The notes beneath the pieces were generated by a model. It was not told the DNA's origin, ran no database searches, and saw only the letters and a program-made list of their open reading frames with translations. Position numbers and translations under genes: made by a program. A DNA stretch of 64,000 nt from Octopus vulgaris (lineage: Eukaryota). The stretch covers positions 19,344,001 through 19,408,000 of the forward strand of contig OX597832.1 of the NCBI GenBank assembly GCA_951406725.2. Direction: 5' to 3'. Shown piece by piece: positions 43,249 to 57,867 of this stretch (the first letter of the stretch is position 1; each line of letters begins with the position of its first letter).

Positions 43249-44029
43249 GTGTGTGTGTGTTTGTGTGCGTGTGTATAGGATTAACAACATATCTGTGTGC
43301 CTGCCTATCTGCTCTACCAACAAATCCCCCCCGTTTCCTTTCTGTTATTTTTTTTTCTTTTTAGATAACACACCCCAATAACAACTTCCCATTCTCTTCC
43401 CATTTTCAGTTCCGTTATCACACTCATCATCCTCATCTCATCATCCTCATCCTCATCATCAATATCATCAACATCATCACCCTCAGTAACAACTACAACA
43501 ACAACAACCGTAAGAACATCATCAGTATAACCAACAACAGCAGCACCATCTGCAGCAGCGGCAGCAGCAGCAGTAGCAGTAGTATGATAATCATGTTCTT
43601 TGTTCCTATCTACCTCATCCGACTCCCCCTCCACCCCATCATAGCTCTTCCAAATCTAGCCACATTTTGTATAATCTACATTCTCTATAATCTCATATCA
43701 CTGTTGATATCAACGTTATTACACTTTCCCACTTCTACTCTAATACCTTTCTAATTATCATATCAGTTGCAATACTGCCATTAACACACTCACACACACC
43801 ACACACACACACTCACACACACCACACACACACACACAGAGTGTCATATACACACGTCTACATACCCATGCATACGCATAAGCGCACAATCTATGTATTA
43901 TTGTAAGATTGCAAATTATACGCATGATTGTATGTGTGTATTTTGCTTGTACGTTTGTCATGTTCAGCTGTTTTGTTAATATAGGTTTATACACTTATGT
44001 AAGTATATAGGCATACGGTAACTATTTTT

Positions 44030-44039
44030 ATGAGATAGG

Positions 44040-44083
<44 letters not shown>

Positions 44084-44122
44084 GAAAGAGAGAGAGATAG
44101 GTAGATAGGTAGATAGATAGAT

Positions 44123-44214
<92 letters not shown>

Positions 44215-44436
44215 GTAGGTAGGTAAGTAGGTAGATAGATAGGTAGATAGATAGATAGTTAGATAGGTAGGTAAGTAGATAGATAGATAGAGAGATAGGT
44301 AGGTAGGTAGGTACGTACGTACGTACGTAGGTAGCTAGGTACGTACGTACGTACGTATGTAGGTAGGTATGTAGGTATGTAGGTAGGTAGGTAGGTATGT
44401 ACGTACGTACGTACGTAGATAGGTGGGTAGATAGAT
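44030..44436. repeat. Compound (TAGA)/(TAGG)/(TACG) microsatellite
   Basis: Visible tandem repeat. Confidence 0.95.
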
Positions 44437-45572
44437 AACTTTCTTTATTGGCCACAGAAGGCTGAACACAGAGGGGACAAATACAAATGTAGAGCTTTTC
44501 TTTTCGAAGATTGAAAAAGAAAAAGGAGAAAAAAATGGAAAGACAGTTAGGTAGATAGATAAATACATAGATAGATAGACAGATAGGTAGACAGATATAA
44601 AGATAAACGGACATATAGATATATATATATAGATAGATCGATCATATAAAATGATTAATCGATATATATATATATATGCATACATATAATCTGCATCTAC
44701 ATTACCTATATATATATATTTATATATACATATATGTATATAACATATATACGCACAGACACACGCTCACACATATGCATAGATATATGTGTGTATATGT
44801 ATGTTTGCGTGTATATATTCATATACACATATGCTGTTCAACCTCCAAATACGACTTCATTGACTATGTAACTCGTCAAGATGTAGAAGTTAGATAGACA
44901 AATTGAGAGATGGAACGACAGGCATTAAAACAACATAAGCACATGTACGTGCACACACAAACACACATACACACACTCACACACACACACACACGTACAC
45001 ACAGAGTTTCATTTAGTAATTCACTCTTGCAACAGCAAAACATCCCACTAATAATTACATCATGCACAGATACATAAAACATACACAGAAACATGCAAAA
45101 AATATATTTATATATATATACACATGCATGTGTCTATCAGTGAATTTACAGAGATAAATTGTACCTAAGTTATCTACCAGCAATCATTTTCAACAACCAG
45201 CTATTTAGCTGATATATATATATATATATATATATACATACACACATCAATCAATCTGATTATCTATCGATTTGTCATATGCGAATGTCCCCCTACCAGC
45301 CTTTTGCATATTTATCCATTAAATCTTAAATATTTTCCCCATCAAAAACAGCCAACAACATATTTTTTTCTTCTATATTCTAGTTTGTTATAGTTATACA
45401 TATATATACATATATATACATATATATACTTATATTTCTTTAACGATCTCATAATACCGCTCCACGCTCTCCAACTCAATTACTATCTCTGCCTCACTGT
45501 TTTACAAGCTTGTACCACTCTCTTTTTACTCTCTCAAACTTCCTAATTCTCTCTCTTTCGTGAACACACACA

Positions 45573-45631
<59 letters not shown>

Positions 45632-45757
45632 TCATTCATTCATTCATTCATTCATTCATTTATGTATATGTATATTACGTTCTATCTATATTTTCCCCCT
45701 CGTTTTTTCATATAAATAATTTTTTATTGGCTAGTTACAAGGTATTTCATAGCCGAG

Positions 45758-45906
45758 TGTATGTATGTATGTATGTATGTATGTATGTATGTATGTATGT
45801 ATGTATGTATGTATGTATGAATGAGTGTATGTATGTGTGTATGTGTGTATGTATGTATGTATGTATGTATGTATGTATGTATGTATGTATGTATGTATGT
45901 ATGTAT
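45758..45906. repeat. (TATG)n microsatellite
   Basis: Visible tandem repeat. Confidence 0.97.
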
Positions 45907-45927
45907 GCGTGATTATGTATAATGTAC

Positions 45928-45963
<36 letters not shown>

Positions 45964-46644
45964 GTGTATATATATGCATATGCACACACACACCTACATA
46001 TTTGTGTGTATGTTGGTGAGTGTTTATTTTATTTTCATATTTGAAAATGTTTTTAGATTTAAATGTTAGACAGTACACACGCACAGAATTACACAAACAC
46101 TCACGTATATATATATACACACTTACATTCATTTGAATACATACCAACACACACATACACACATATGTCCACACACACACAAATATACTTATAGATACAA
46201 TATCGATAGATATACATGATATTAATGTATTCCGAAGCAACCTTTAATTGCTACATGTAAATTTTAAGTGACGGACATACTTCCGTCCAGTTAAATCGAT
46301 TTATCTGGTTTTTGTGTTTTTTTCAAAATACACTCTCTTTAGCTCAAATGTAAATATACAAAGATACTCGTCTGCTCAACTTTTTGAATGTGTTATACTC
46401 ATCGTATAGTAAAGTAATTTGTATTAAATAATCACAAAATATCCACAGCACAAAAATGTAAACGATGAAATCGTTCTGTTACGTGATAGAGTTATGTTTT
46501 TTGTAAGTTGACAACAAAATTTAAGAAATATTGTTAATGAATTGTTGGTCGTGGGGTTTTTGAATTTGGTTCTCACATCTGCGAGTCTAAAACAATCAGA
46601 CATTAGTATTTTCTAAAGACTACGTATTGTGACTGAATTTTCTC

Positions 46645-47080
46645 GCTTTCTTTCTTTTCTTTGTTCCATTCATAGGAATACGACCGGCTGGAGCAGTGTC
46701 TTAAGTTGTTTAGTCGACCAAATTGACCTCAATATTTAATGCTTAAATCTGATTCTTATTGTGTCTGGCTCTTTTGTCGCGACTGCCAAACGAGTTGGAC
46801 GTAAACAAACCAAAACTTGTCAAGTGGTGAAAGGGAAAACACACAAACATTTTTACAAACATATACATATACATATACGTACGACATGCTTTCATAGTTT
46901 TCGTGGGCCAAATTCATTCACAAGGCACTGGTCGGCCCAATGGTATTGTAGAAGGCACTTGCCTAATATGCTGCGCAGTGAGACTCAACTCGAAACCATG
47001 TGTGTGTGTGAGAGACAGTGCACAAGGTGCAACACAGTGGGACTGAACCCGGAACCATATTGTTGGGAAGCAAACTTCTT
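46645..47080 (-). mobile_element. SINE family 1, diverged, with duplicated head segment
   Basis: The GCAGTG.GACT.AAC..GAACCAT block occurs twice (~46975 and ~47035). Confidence 0.7.
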
Positions 47081-47310
47081 ATTTCCTTATTGCCCTCAAG
47101 GAGCTAAACATAGAGGGGACAAACAAAGACAGACAAACGGATTAAATCGATTATATCGACTCCAGTGCGTAACTAGTACTTAATCTATCGACCCCGAAAG
47201 GATGAAAGGCAAAGTCGACCTCGGCGGAATTTGAACTCAGAACGTAATGGCAGACGAAATACCGTTAAGCATTTCGCCCGGCGCGCTAACGTTTCTGCCA
47301 GCTGCCGCCT
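47081..47310 (-). mobile_element. SINE family 2 (tRNA-derived), full length
   Basis: Minus strand AGGCGGCAGCTGGCAGAAACGTTAG (A-box-like), GAGTTCAAATTCC (B-box), central GCCTTTCATCCTTTCGGGGTCGATA. Several related copies in the window. Confidence 0.85.
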
Positions 47311-48192
47311 TTTAAGTTTCATAGATGTGTCGAAATGTTTATGGAAGTTGCTGTCGATTTTGTCTCTCCGAGAAATCCCATATATTGCAACGGTCACTAG
47401 AATAATTTAATAAGATAATATATCTATCATCGTCCTTCAGATGCAATGCTCTCTTCTAGATAAGTTCAAACCATTACCTACTAATACTACTTCATAATTT
47501 TCAATCAATAAATATTAAAAGCTCAATTTTGACCTTTTAAATTGTGTCTGAATTGTTTTTTCCCTGCTTACAAATATAATCGCATGTCATTTGTTCAAAA
47601 GTTCCAAAAACTTCTACTGAGAGTTGTATGAAGCTAAACACCTGTTGTGTGGACGCCCCCAAACGGTAAAGTAGGCTAGCCCAATACGTACACATAGAGG
47701 GAGAAGCCTAGACGTCTGGAGTAGCGGTCATCCGAACGTGCGACATAACAATACCACTATTTTTAAACATTTTTAGTGACATTCTTAAAATAAGGAATCT
47801 CCTATCTTTGCGCAATATTTTGAAAATGCCCTCCCTGAAGTAGTCGATCCAGGCAACGACTAGTGCTTGGCAATTAGTGATCCTGTCATGTGCTCACAAG
47901 AACCAAACTATGTTAGACATCATCCAGTGATAATTAGCTTGATATAGAAAAACCGCGAAAGCCTTGTACTTACAAGGAAGTATCCGAATCAACAAGATTG
48001 TTTATCTGACCTTGGGTAATGCTGTTGTGTGTTCTGTACATACAAAGAAATATTACGTGTGTGTGTGTGTGTGTGTTTGTGTCTTTGTGCGTGTGTAAAA
48101 CAATTTAGACAAAACTACTCCAACAAAGCCACATTAGTTATATTCCAAATCAAAAGCTTCAAAACCTCTTAGTATAAAAAGCATAGCATACC

Positions 48193-48375
48193 ATTCTGGT
48201 GTGTCTGGGGAGAGTAATTTTCTTTTTGTGCCTTATAATGTAACACACTCACCGGTAAAGTTTCCACTTATTTCTTATAGGAAAATAAAAATAAAAATAA
48301 GTGGAAATTTTACCGATGATTGTGTTACATTATAAGGTACAAAAAGAAAATGACTCTCCCCAGACACAACAGAAT
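48193..48375. repeat. Inverted repeat with 81-bp arms
   Basis: 48193-48273 vs 48295-48375, about 6 mismatches, 21-nt spacer. Confidence 0.93.
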
Positions 48376-49238
48376 ATGCTTCAAAACACGAACTCATATA
48401 AAGAATCTTACAAACCAAATCCAAAAACGAAATAGCATACCATGATCAAGCCATAAGTTAGAATGCAGAACAGATGACCGAATATTACAGTCCTGTCTGA
48501 TTGGACATAATACTTCAGTCATAGAAGTGATCACCAAGAGATAAAGGCACAAGTTCTTAGAGTGTAATAACATACTAGCTGGCTCTCATCAGGAGTACCA
48601 TCTGCTTTTGAAGCTGTTTTGCCTAAACTTGAGAGCATTTTGATTGCTTAATGATAGGGTTGTGCTATTTTGCGTAGGATCTCAACAAAGTTCATCATCT
48701 TGCACAGACTACGTAAACTGAAATTGGATAGAATTGGGAAAGTACGATGGTCGTGGCCTAAATTTCTAAGAGACGGAATTAAAGTTTTTGCAGTCCTTTG
48801 TGTTCTTTTAAATGATACAAGAGTGCAAGAAGTGTGAAGTGAGTACCACAAAGAAATGTTTTGGCATATTCAACTTACCCTTAAACACTTTAAAATAAAT
48901 TTTTAGCCACCTTTTCTCATTCATTTATCTTTTCTGATGAAGGACTTGCGTCCGATGTGTCAGAGAACTGTCCTATTTATTTAAGCATTAACTTAATACA
49001 GCATTTGTCAACTTTATTATCGTTATTTAGTAGATAATCTTTTAATGTGAAGTATGTCTGACTGTGTTTTGTTTAGCGTAGAGTTGCCTCTGATGTAGCA
49101 GACATATCGTATAGATTTTGTCCCTGAAATACTCTAAATTTGTATCCTTTTTTTATTATTTTATGAAAGGGTGTGTTTCAAGACACACTACAGAGACACC
49201 TGTGTGTATGTAGTGAAAAAATACTTTTTCTCTGAATA

Positions 49239-49453
49239 TTTTACTCCTTTACTTGTTTCAGCTATTTGACTGTGGCCACGCTGGAACAGCGCCTTTAGTC
49301 GAGCAAATCGACCCCAGGATTTATTCTTTGTAAGCCAAGTACTTATTCTATCGGTCTCTTTGGCCGAACCGCTAAGTTACGGGCACGTAAACACACCAGC
49401 ATCGGTTGTCAAGCGATGTTGGGGGGGGGGGACAAACACAAACACACAAATAT

Positions 49454-49497
<44 letters not shown>

Positions 49498-49670
49498 GCA
49501 TATACACGACGGGCTTCATTCAGTTTCCGTCTACAAAATCGACTTACAAGAATTTGGTCGGCCCGAGGCTATAGTAGAATACACTTGCCCAAGGTGCCAC
49601 GCAGTGGGAGTGAACCCGGAATTATGTGGTTGGTAAGCAAGCTACTTAACACACAGCCACTCCTACGCCT
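49239..49670 (-). mobile_element. SINE family 1, full length
   Basis: High identity to the other copies. Confidence 0.9.
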
Positions 49671-49776
49671 TTGCAAAATAATTTTTAAAGAAAATTGATA
49701 TCTCACCGCGATGCGACTGAAGCTGAAACCACATGGTTTCGAAGCAACCTTCTTACCACACAACCACGTCTGCTCC

Positions 49777-49812
<36 letters not shown>

Positions 49813-49813
<1 letters not shown>

Positions 49814-51067
49814 TGGGTCGTCCCATAAATACTGCGGTTTTTCAATTCGGAGGAGAATGGATTAATCTATCTGCATCGACATGCGATAAAAGCAGGTTGT
49901 AATTTTACCTTGAACTTATTCTTAGTGCACATTTTCAAGAGTGCAGTTCGATTTTTACAGATATTATTTCAAAGCTGTAATGGAAATGATAAAGGAGCAT
50001 GCATATTCGGAATATTTTGCTTTATGAGTTCAATAAAGGCAACAACGCAACGGAAAGTGCGAGGAATACAGTGTATGTGGATCGGACAATAAGCGTAAAC
50101 CAGTGTCAACGATGCTTCCAGGAATTCTGAGCCCGAAAATACAGCCTAGAACACGAGCCTCGTCCTAGAAGATTTGTAGAGCACGACGACGAGGTTCTGT
50201 AAACACTGGTGGAACAAAATTACATCGTAACTGTTGTAGAACTAGCAGGGAAGCTTGGATATGGTCATTCAATCATTTATCGGTAACTGCGTGTCATAGG
50301 AAAAGTCAGCAAATTGGGTGTATGGGTTCCTCACAAAATTTCCAAGTCTAATCTTGCACAGAGAGTGAATGTGTGCTCTACTTTGCTGTCACGTCTCAGG
50401 AATGAACGATTTTGGACCGAATAGTGACCGGTGACGAGAAATGTGCTCTCTATAAAAATGTGACGCCACGACGTCAATGGGTAGGGAATGGAGAAACACT
50501 GGCACCCCAGGCTAAAAAAAGGTTTTCACCAACGTAAGGTGTTATCTGCTTGGTGGGATATGAAAGGTCTGGTTTCCTTTGAACTTTTAAATCCAAACCA
50601 ATCGATAACAAAGAAGATGTGCTGCGAGAAGTTTGAGTGGAAAGTCATCAGTAGAAGAAAAGTTACCATCTTTGGTTTCAAGACGAACGGTGTTCTTCCA
50701 TCAGGAAAACGTTGGGCCACATACAGCGAGGGTGACATTCTGGAACAGTGTGAATGGGATATGATGCCCCACCCACCACATTCGCCAGACATTACCCCCA
50801 TTTGATTATCATTTATTCCGCAGTCTTCATAATCATTTGGACGCAAAAATTATGAATTCTGTACCCGAGGTCAGAATAGTACTGGAAGAGTACTTTTCCT
50901 CACGGACAAGGGAACTTTAGAAGAAGGGCCTTGAACGTCTACCAAATAGATGGAAGAGCATTGTAGAAAATGAAGGAGAGTATATTTTAGATTAAAAATA
51001 ACTTTATTATAATTCTGAAAAAATAATAGAGGTATAAAAACACCGCATTATTTATGGCATGACCCAA
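49813..51067 (+). mobile_element. Near full-length decayed mariner transposon (Hsmar1/cecropia-like)
   Basis: Imperfect ~28-bp TIRs (TTGGGTCGTCCCATAAATACTGCGG and the reverse complement at 51043-51067), TA on both flanks, 1255 bp long. Confidence 0.93.
49980..50995 (+). pseudogene. Mariner transposase pseudogene
   Basis: MEMIKEH..IRNILLYEFNKG, WVPH, IVTGDEK, WWDMKG, HPPHSPDITP and LPNRWKSIVENEGEYILD*, interrupted by stops and frameshifts. Confidence 0.92.
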
Positions 51068-51084
51068 TATGTATATATATATAA

Positions 51085-51407
51085 TTGGTACTCTGTCGAT
51101 TACGAAGACACGGATTCCAATTGATCAGATCAATGGAACAGCTTGCTCCTGAAATTAGCGTGAATGTGGCTGAGCACTCCACAGACACGTCTACCATTAA
51201 CGTAGTTCTCAGGGAGATTCAATGTGACACAGAGCGTGAAAAGGCTGGCCCTTTGAAATACAGGTACTACGTGTTTTTTGACAGCGAAGAGAACTGGGGC
51301 AACGTAAAACAAGGTGCCTTGCTCAAGGACACAACGCGTCGCCGTGAATTGAACTCATGACTTTGCAATTGTGATCCAAATATCCTTATTCCTAAGCCAT
51401 GTGCCTA
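51085..51407 (-). mobile_element. SINE family 3 (tRNA head plus CORE-like block)
   Basis: Minus strand AGGCACATGGCTTAG...GAGTTCAATTC...GTGTCCTTGAGCAAGGCAC. A related head lies at ~31100-31260. Confidence 0.7.
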
Positions 51408-51430
51408 TATGTACATATATATATATATAT

Positions 51431-51820
51431 AGGAGTGGCTGTGTGGTAAGTAGCTTGCTTACAAACCACATGGTTCTGGGTTCAGTCCCACTGCGTGGCA
51501 CCTTGGGCAAGTGTCTTCTACTATAGCCTCGGGCTGACCAAAGCCTTGTGAGTGGATTTGGTCGACGGAAACTGAATGAAGCCCATTGTATATATGTATA
51601 TGTATATTTATGTATGTGTGTATATGTTTGTGTGTCTGTGTATGTCCCTCCAACATCACTTGACAACCGATGCTGGTGCGTTTATGTCCCCGTAACTTAG
51701 CAGTTCGTCAAAAGGAAACGATAGAATAAGTACTTGGCTTACAAAAAATAAGTCCTCGACTAAATGCGGTGCTCCAGCACAGCTGCAGTCAAATAACTGA
51801 AACAAGTAAAAGAGTAAAAG
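51431..51820 (+). mobile_element. SINE family 1, full length
   Basis: AGGAGTGGCTGTGTGGTAAG...GGTTCAGTCCC...CACCTTGGGCAAG...CAGTCAAATAACTGAAACAAGTAAAAGAGTAAAAG. Confidence 0.9.
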
Positions 51821-52435
51821 ATACATACATACATACATATATATATATATTGTGTATGTGTGTTTGTATACACACATAGATAGATAGATAGACAATTTAT
51901 AGGCAAGGATATGTCTAATGATAAATATATGGGAAGCATGTATGAGCAATGAAATTTGGAACATGGATTGAAGTAAAACAATACGGTTGGACATACCAAG
52001 TAGGGGAGGAGGTGAGAGAGAATGAGTTATGGATAGAAACATAGAGGCGAGAAGAGAGAGAAAAAGAGTGACATAAGGGTTTTAGGGAGGGGAGGGGCAA
52101 AGAGTGAAAATGGGGGTGAAAGTGTGAGAGAATGATATGTTGAGGTTATAATTTATTTTAATGTAAATGAGAAAAGAAACAAATGCGTCAGTCTGTGTTG
52201 TGTGTGTGTGTGTATGTGAGTGTGACATTGTGTTTCTGTGTGTGCGTGTGTATGAGTGTGTGCGATTGAAAACTTAGTGGATAAAAGATAGATGGAAAGA
52301 AATATGTTGTAATCGACATATTGAGAAATAGAAAGAGATGAAAGGAGAATAGACACGGAGAAGAAAGGTGTGAGGTAAACACTTAACTTCACACACACAC
52401 ACACGCACACTGACACATCCTCTCTCTATCCATCC

Positions 52436-52473
<38 letters not shown>

Positions 52474-52627
52474 GTATCTATCTTTTCTGTGATACACGAC
52501 CAGTTTTTTTTCTGTTTTTAAGATCCCTTTTGATCGAAAACCTAACCCCTCTTTTTTTCTCCCTAAAAAGAAAAGCCCAACTTTCTAATTTGTCCTCTCT
52601 GTTCAGCCCTGTGTGGCTAATAAAGAA

Positions 52628-52991
<364 letters not shown>

Positions 52992-53136
52992 GCGCGCGAA
53001 AACAGAAAGGTGACACACATGTACATGCCTCAGCGCGCGCACAAATAGCAAGTTCTTACCGCTCGCGCGCGGAACGACACGAAAGAGATGCTGTCACTGG
53101 AAATGTGTCCTTCAGCTTAGATAAACATACACATTT

Positions 53137-53205
<69 letters not shown>

Positions 53206-53346
53206 ACATGCATGCCTTTATTATGTATATAAGCATATAGCGGTATACCTGTACACGCCACGCATACATACGAGCGCACACCTACATGTACGATATCTAC
53301 CAAGTTATCTGTTTATCTATGTTTGCGTATACATATAGATATACAT

Positions 53347-53394
<48 letters not shown>

Positions 53395-53517
53395 GTATAT
53401 ATATGTATATATATGTATATATATGTATATATATGTATATATACATATGTGTGTATATATATATATGTATATATATATGTATATGTATATATATGTATAT
53501 GTATATATATGTATATG

Positions 53518-53558
<41 letters not shown>

Positions 53559-53680
53559 ATATATATATTGATGGGTAGATATAGAGGTAAATATATACAC
53601 AAAGATAGATAGATAGATAGATAGATTTGTGTTTGCGTGTATGTGTGTGTATAGACCCAAAGCTATGTATATATATTATC

Positions 53681-53713
<33 letters not shown>

Positions 53714-54288
53714 CAAGATTTGACCGCCCGCCCACCTGCTCACAGCCCGTTAGCCCGCCAACCTGCCTGCCTGTCTGCCTGTCTGCCTGGCTTGGCCTGC
53801 CTGCTCGCCTGACTGTCTGTTCGGATAGCAAAGGCCTCCAGGCCGACAGGCCGCTTACAAGAACCGACCAACCGACCAACCGACCGACCGACCGACCGAC
53901 CAAACACCAGCCTTCCCCCCCCACCACCCCACCCTCACCCCCACACCCCCCTCACACGCTTTTCACATACCCTTTACCTCCTTCCATCACCTTCCATCTA
54001 TATACCTTTACCTCCCCCCACCTCCTTTCCTTCCCCTCTTTTTTCCTCCTCTAACCTGCCTCCTACCTCTCCTCGCTTTGCTTTTCTAATTTCAATGCAT
54101 TCTCCATGAAACAAGATGTTTGCTATTAACAGCTCTCCCTCTCTCCTTCTCTCTTTCTCTCTCCTTCTCTCTTTCTCTCTCTCTCACTTTATCCCCTCCC
54201 GCCTTCACTTCCTCCCACCCACCCACCCGTTCTTTAACTCAGTTTCTTTCTCTCCTTCTCTCTCTCTCTCTCTCACTCTCTCTCTTCA

Positions 54289-54320
<32 letters not shown>

Positions 54321-55206
54321 ACACCTTCCCCTCTTTCTGTATATCTATCTATCTATATCTCCATTTCGCTTCTCATTCTTTGCCGCTCTTCATCTTTCTA
54401 TTCCAAGCCTTCTCTTATTCTATGCCTTTTATATCTTCTATTCAATTTACGCCTTTTATTACTATTACAACCACCACCACTACCACCACCACCACCACCA
54501 CTACTATGATTATCATTATCATTATTATCATCGCCGTCATTGTTATTATTATTTTTATTATTATTACCACTATTATCATTATTATTATTATTATTACTAT
54601 AGAATCTCTCATTCTTTTCTTTCATTCATTTCTGTCTTTTCTTTATTATTTTCGTGTGTTTATTTGTTTATTTATTATTTATTTATTATTTTTTTTTTTT
54701 TACATTTCCATTTTGAATGTCTATTGTTTAGAAGGACTTAAAAACCGACTTCGCTCAAGCTAGATATGATATTTTAGCCAGTCATACGTACAAACCAAAC
54801 GGAGCTATCTATATTAATTTGGTTGGTCTACGCTTAGGAGAGAGAGTGAGAGAAACGAATATATATATATATATACACACACATGTATATATATATACAC
54901 ACATATCCATATACATACGTACACATATATACAACTACATTCACATACAGAAACACACATATGTACTATGCATGCATATGTATACATATACCTGTATATT
55001 CATACACACACACACAGACATATGTCTCTCGATGTAGATATTTATACACACCTGCAATTATGTTTATGTATATACACTTATAAATATACGCACATTTGAT
55101 AGGGTATACATAAAAATGCTATACACAGCTAGGTAGAATTACACATACATATGAATGAATGTACGTCCATACATTTATCCGTAAAGACGCATATACGTAC
55201 GTACAA

Positions 55207-55399
<193 letters not shown>

Positions 55400-56181
55400 A
55401 CCACGTATATGCATGTATACGAACAGATATGCATTCACATGTATGTACGTGACCTCAGGTGCCAGCTGCAATAACCGTGCGCAAATATGGCCCTTACCTC
55501 GTGATTGAGTATGTTTGAAATTCTCACCTGTACTTACGTTCACTAAGCGCGCACACACACACACATATACATGCACAAACCACACTCGCACACATACATT
55601 TGCACATGTACCTGTTTGGGTCTAAGTATATATACACACATATATATATATAAATCCTTAAAATCCTTAAAAATGTTTGTACATGTGTGTATACACAGAC
55701 ACACACACACACATATATATATATACATACGTACACAAATAGGTAACGATAAAAATATGTGCGTCTATATATGGCTACCTATGAATGTGTACATACAAAT
55801 GCTCATATATATATCCGCATATATTTCACGTTGTTTGTAAACCAAAACTTTGAAGAGCAAGAGAACATGAAACAAAATGCAATTGAAAAATAGACAGACA
55901 GAGACTAAGAGGCAGAGATCGAAAAAGACATCTTGTCGAATAGATAGAATAAAACCAGTGTACACACAACTGCAACAAACACGCATACAGACAAGCGACA
56001 TATACATTAAAGTAAATATATATTGTAAATTTGTTGCATCTTGAAAGGTTGTCGACCTGAAACTAGTAAGAATTTCACAACATAATCAAATATATTACCA
56101 ATGTCTAAATACACTGACACATAAACATATGAACAGTATGTACACACTCACACACACATACACACATCTACGTATGTCTGT

Positions 56182-56228
<47 letters not shown>

Positions 56229-56668
56229 TCTATGTAGTTTCTATATATTAATATATAACATATATAAATATTCATTTATGCACATGTGTATAAATATATA
56301 TATATACGTTTCTATATATGCATATATATACGTATATAACCACACAACAACACGCTAACACACCTATACACACACATATAGGCATCAAAGCATATAAATT
56401 ATACACTTGCACATATATACATACATATATTAGCAAGAAACAGCGGAAGGCAATTGCAGGAATGATTAATATGGAATCGTAGATGTAAGATAAATTTTCT
56501 CTTCTGAGCCTTTGGTGTGTATATATGTCTGTATATATGTAAACATTATATATGCTAGATGCTATGTATGTAATTGTGCATATATATATGTCGAAGTATG
56601 TATATGTATATCTGTGAATGCATACATGTATATATGTATGCATGTATGTATGTTAGTATGTATGTATG

Positions 56669-56699
<31 letters not shown>

Positions 56700-56847
56700 G
56701 CATGTATGTATGTAGATATGTGTGTATATATTTCTGTTTGTCAGTTTTTCTATATGTATGTGCATCTGTGTGTAATACTAGCAATATGATATTAAATATG
56801 TATGTATATAGACTTTCACACGCACACACATCCATATTCATCACGGA

Positions 56848-56881
<34 letters not shown>

Positions 56882-56954
56882 TTTTATGTTGATACGTATG
56901 GATGCATAAATGATATTTTATATTTACAATTATTAGTAATGTATAAATGTTTCA

Positions 56955-56999
<45 letters not shown>

Positions 57000-57191
57000 A
57001 ACATATATATATATATACATATATTTATATATTATTTATATTATATATATATGCAGTTGTATACACCCATACACACACGAAAGTACACATATATGCATAT
57101 ACGGTTATAAACATGTACGCTTACATACATATATGTGAATGAATTATCTGTCCATCTACACATAGGTTAAAATGCTCCGTATTCATGCGTG

Positions 57192-57240
<49 letters not shown>

Positions 57241-57299
57241 GTGTTTTTGTGTGTGTATGTATATATGTGCGTCAGCCTGTATGTATATTGGAGCCTTTC

Positions 57300-57348
<49 letters not shown>

Positions 57349-57614
57349 TTGATTACTGCCGCTGTTGACTTACTTAAACTCACACCATTTTACCATGTTC
57401 ATCATCATCAACATATCATTAACATTTTGTATGGAATGGATAAAGTCGGCTCCAGAGCAAGCAAGATTGACTTGTAATATTTATATAAATAAGTTACAAT
57501 GCAATTATGAGATTGGGTATCACTCATATCAAATTTCATACGGGTTGTATAAATATATTGCATGATTAAGGCTAAGAGATTTTGATAAACTGACTGTCAA
57601 CTTAAACCCAAATA

Positions 57615-57780
57615 TCATAACGCCGGGCAAAAAAAACGTTGTGAAGCATTTTGCTTGCCTTTACGTTTTGAGTTCAAATACCGCGTAGGTGGACTTTGCG
57701 TTTCGTCACTTCACGGTCTATAAAATAAGTGGCAGTCGCGCACTGGTGGCTAGAGAATCGAAGAGACCACGTCCCACAAT
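57615..57780 (+). mobile_element. SINE family 2, diverged copy
   Basis: TACGTTTTGAGTTCAAATACCGCGTAGGTGGACTTTGC. Confidence 0.65.
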
Positions 57781-57809
57781 TTTCAATAGAAATTATTATT
57801 ATTATTATA

Positions 57810-57867
<58 letters not shown>

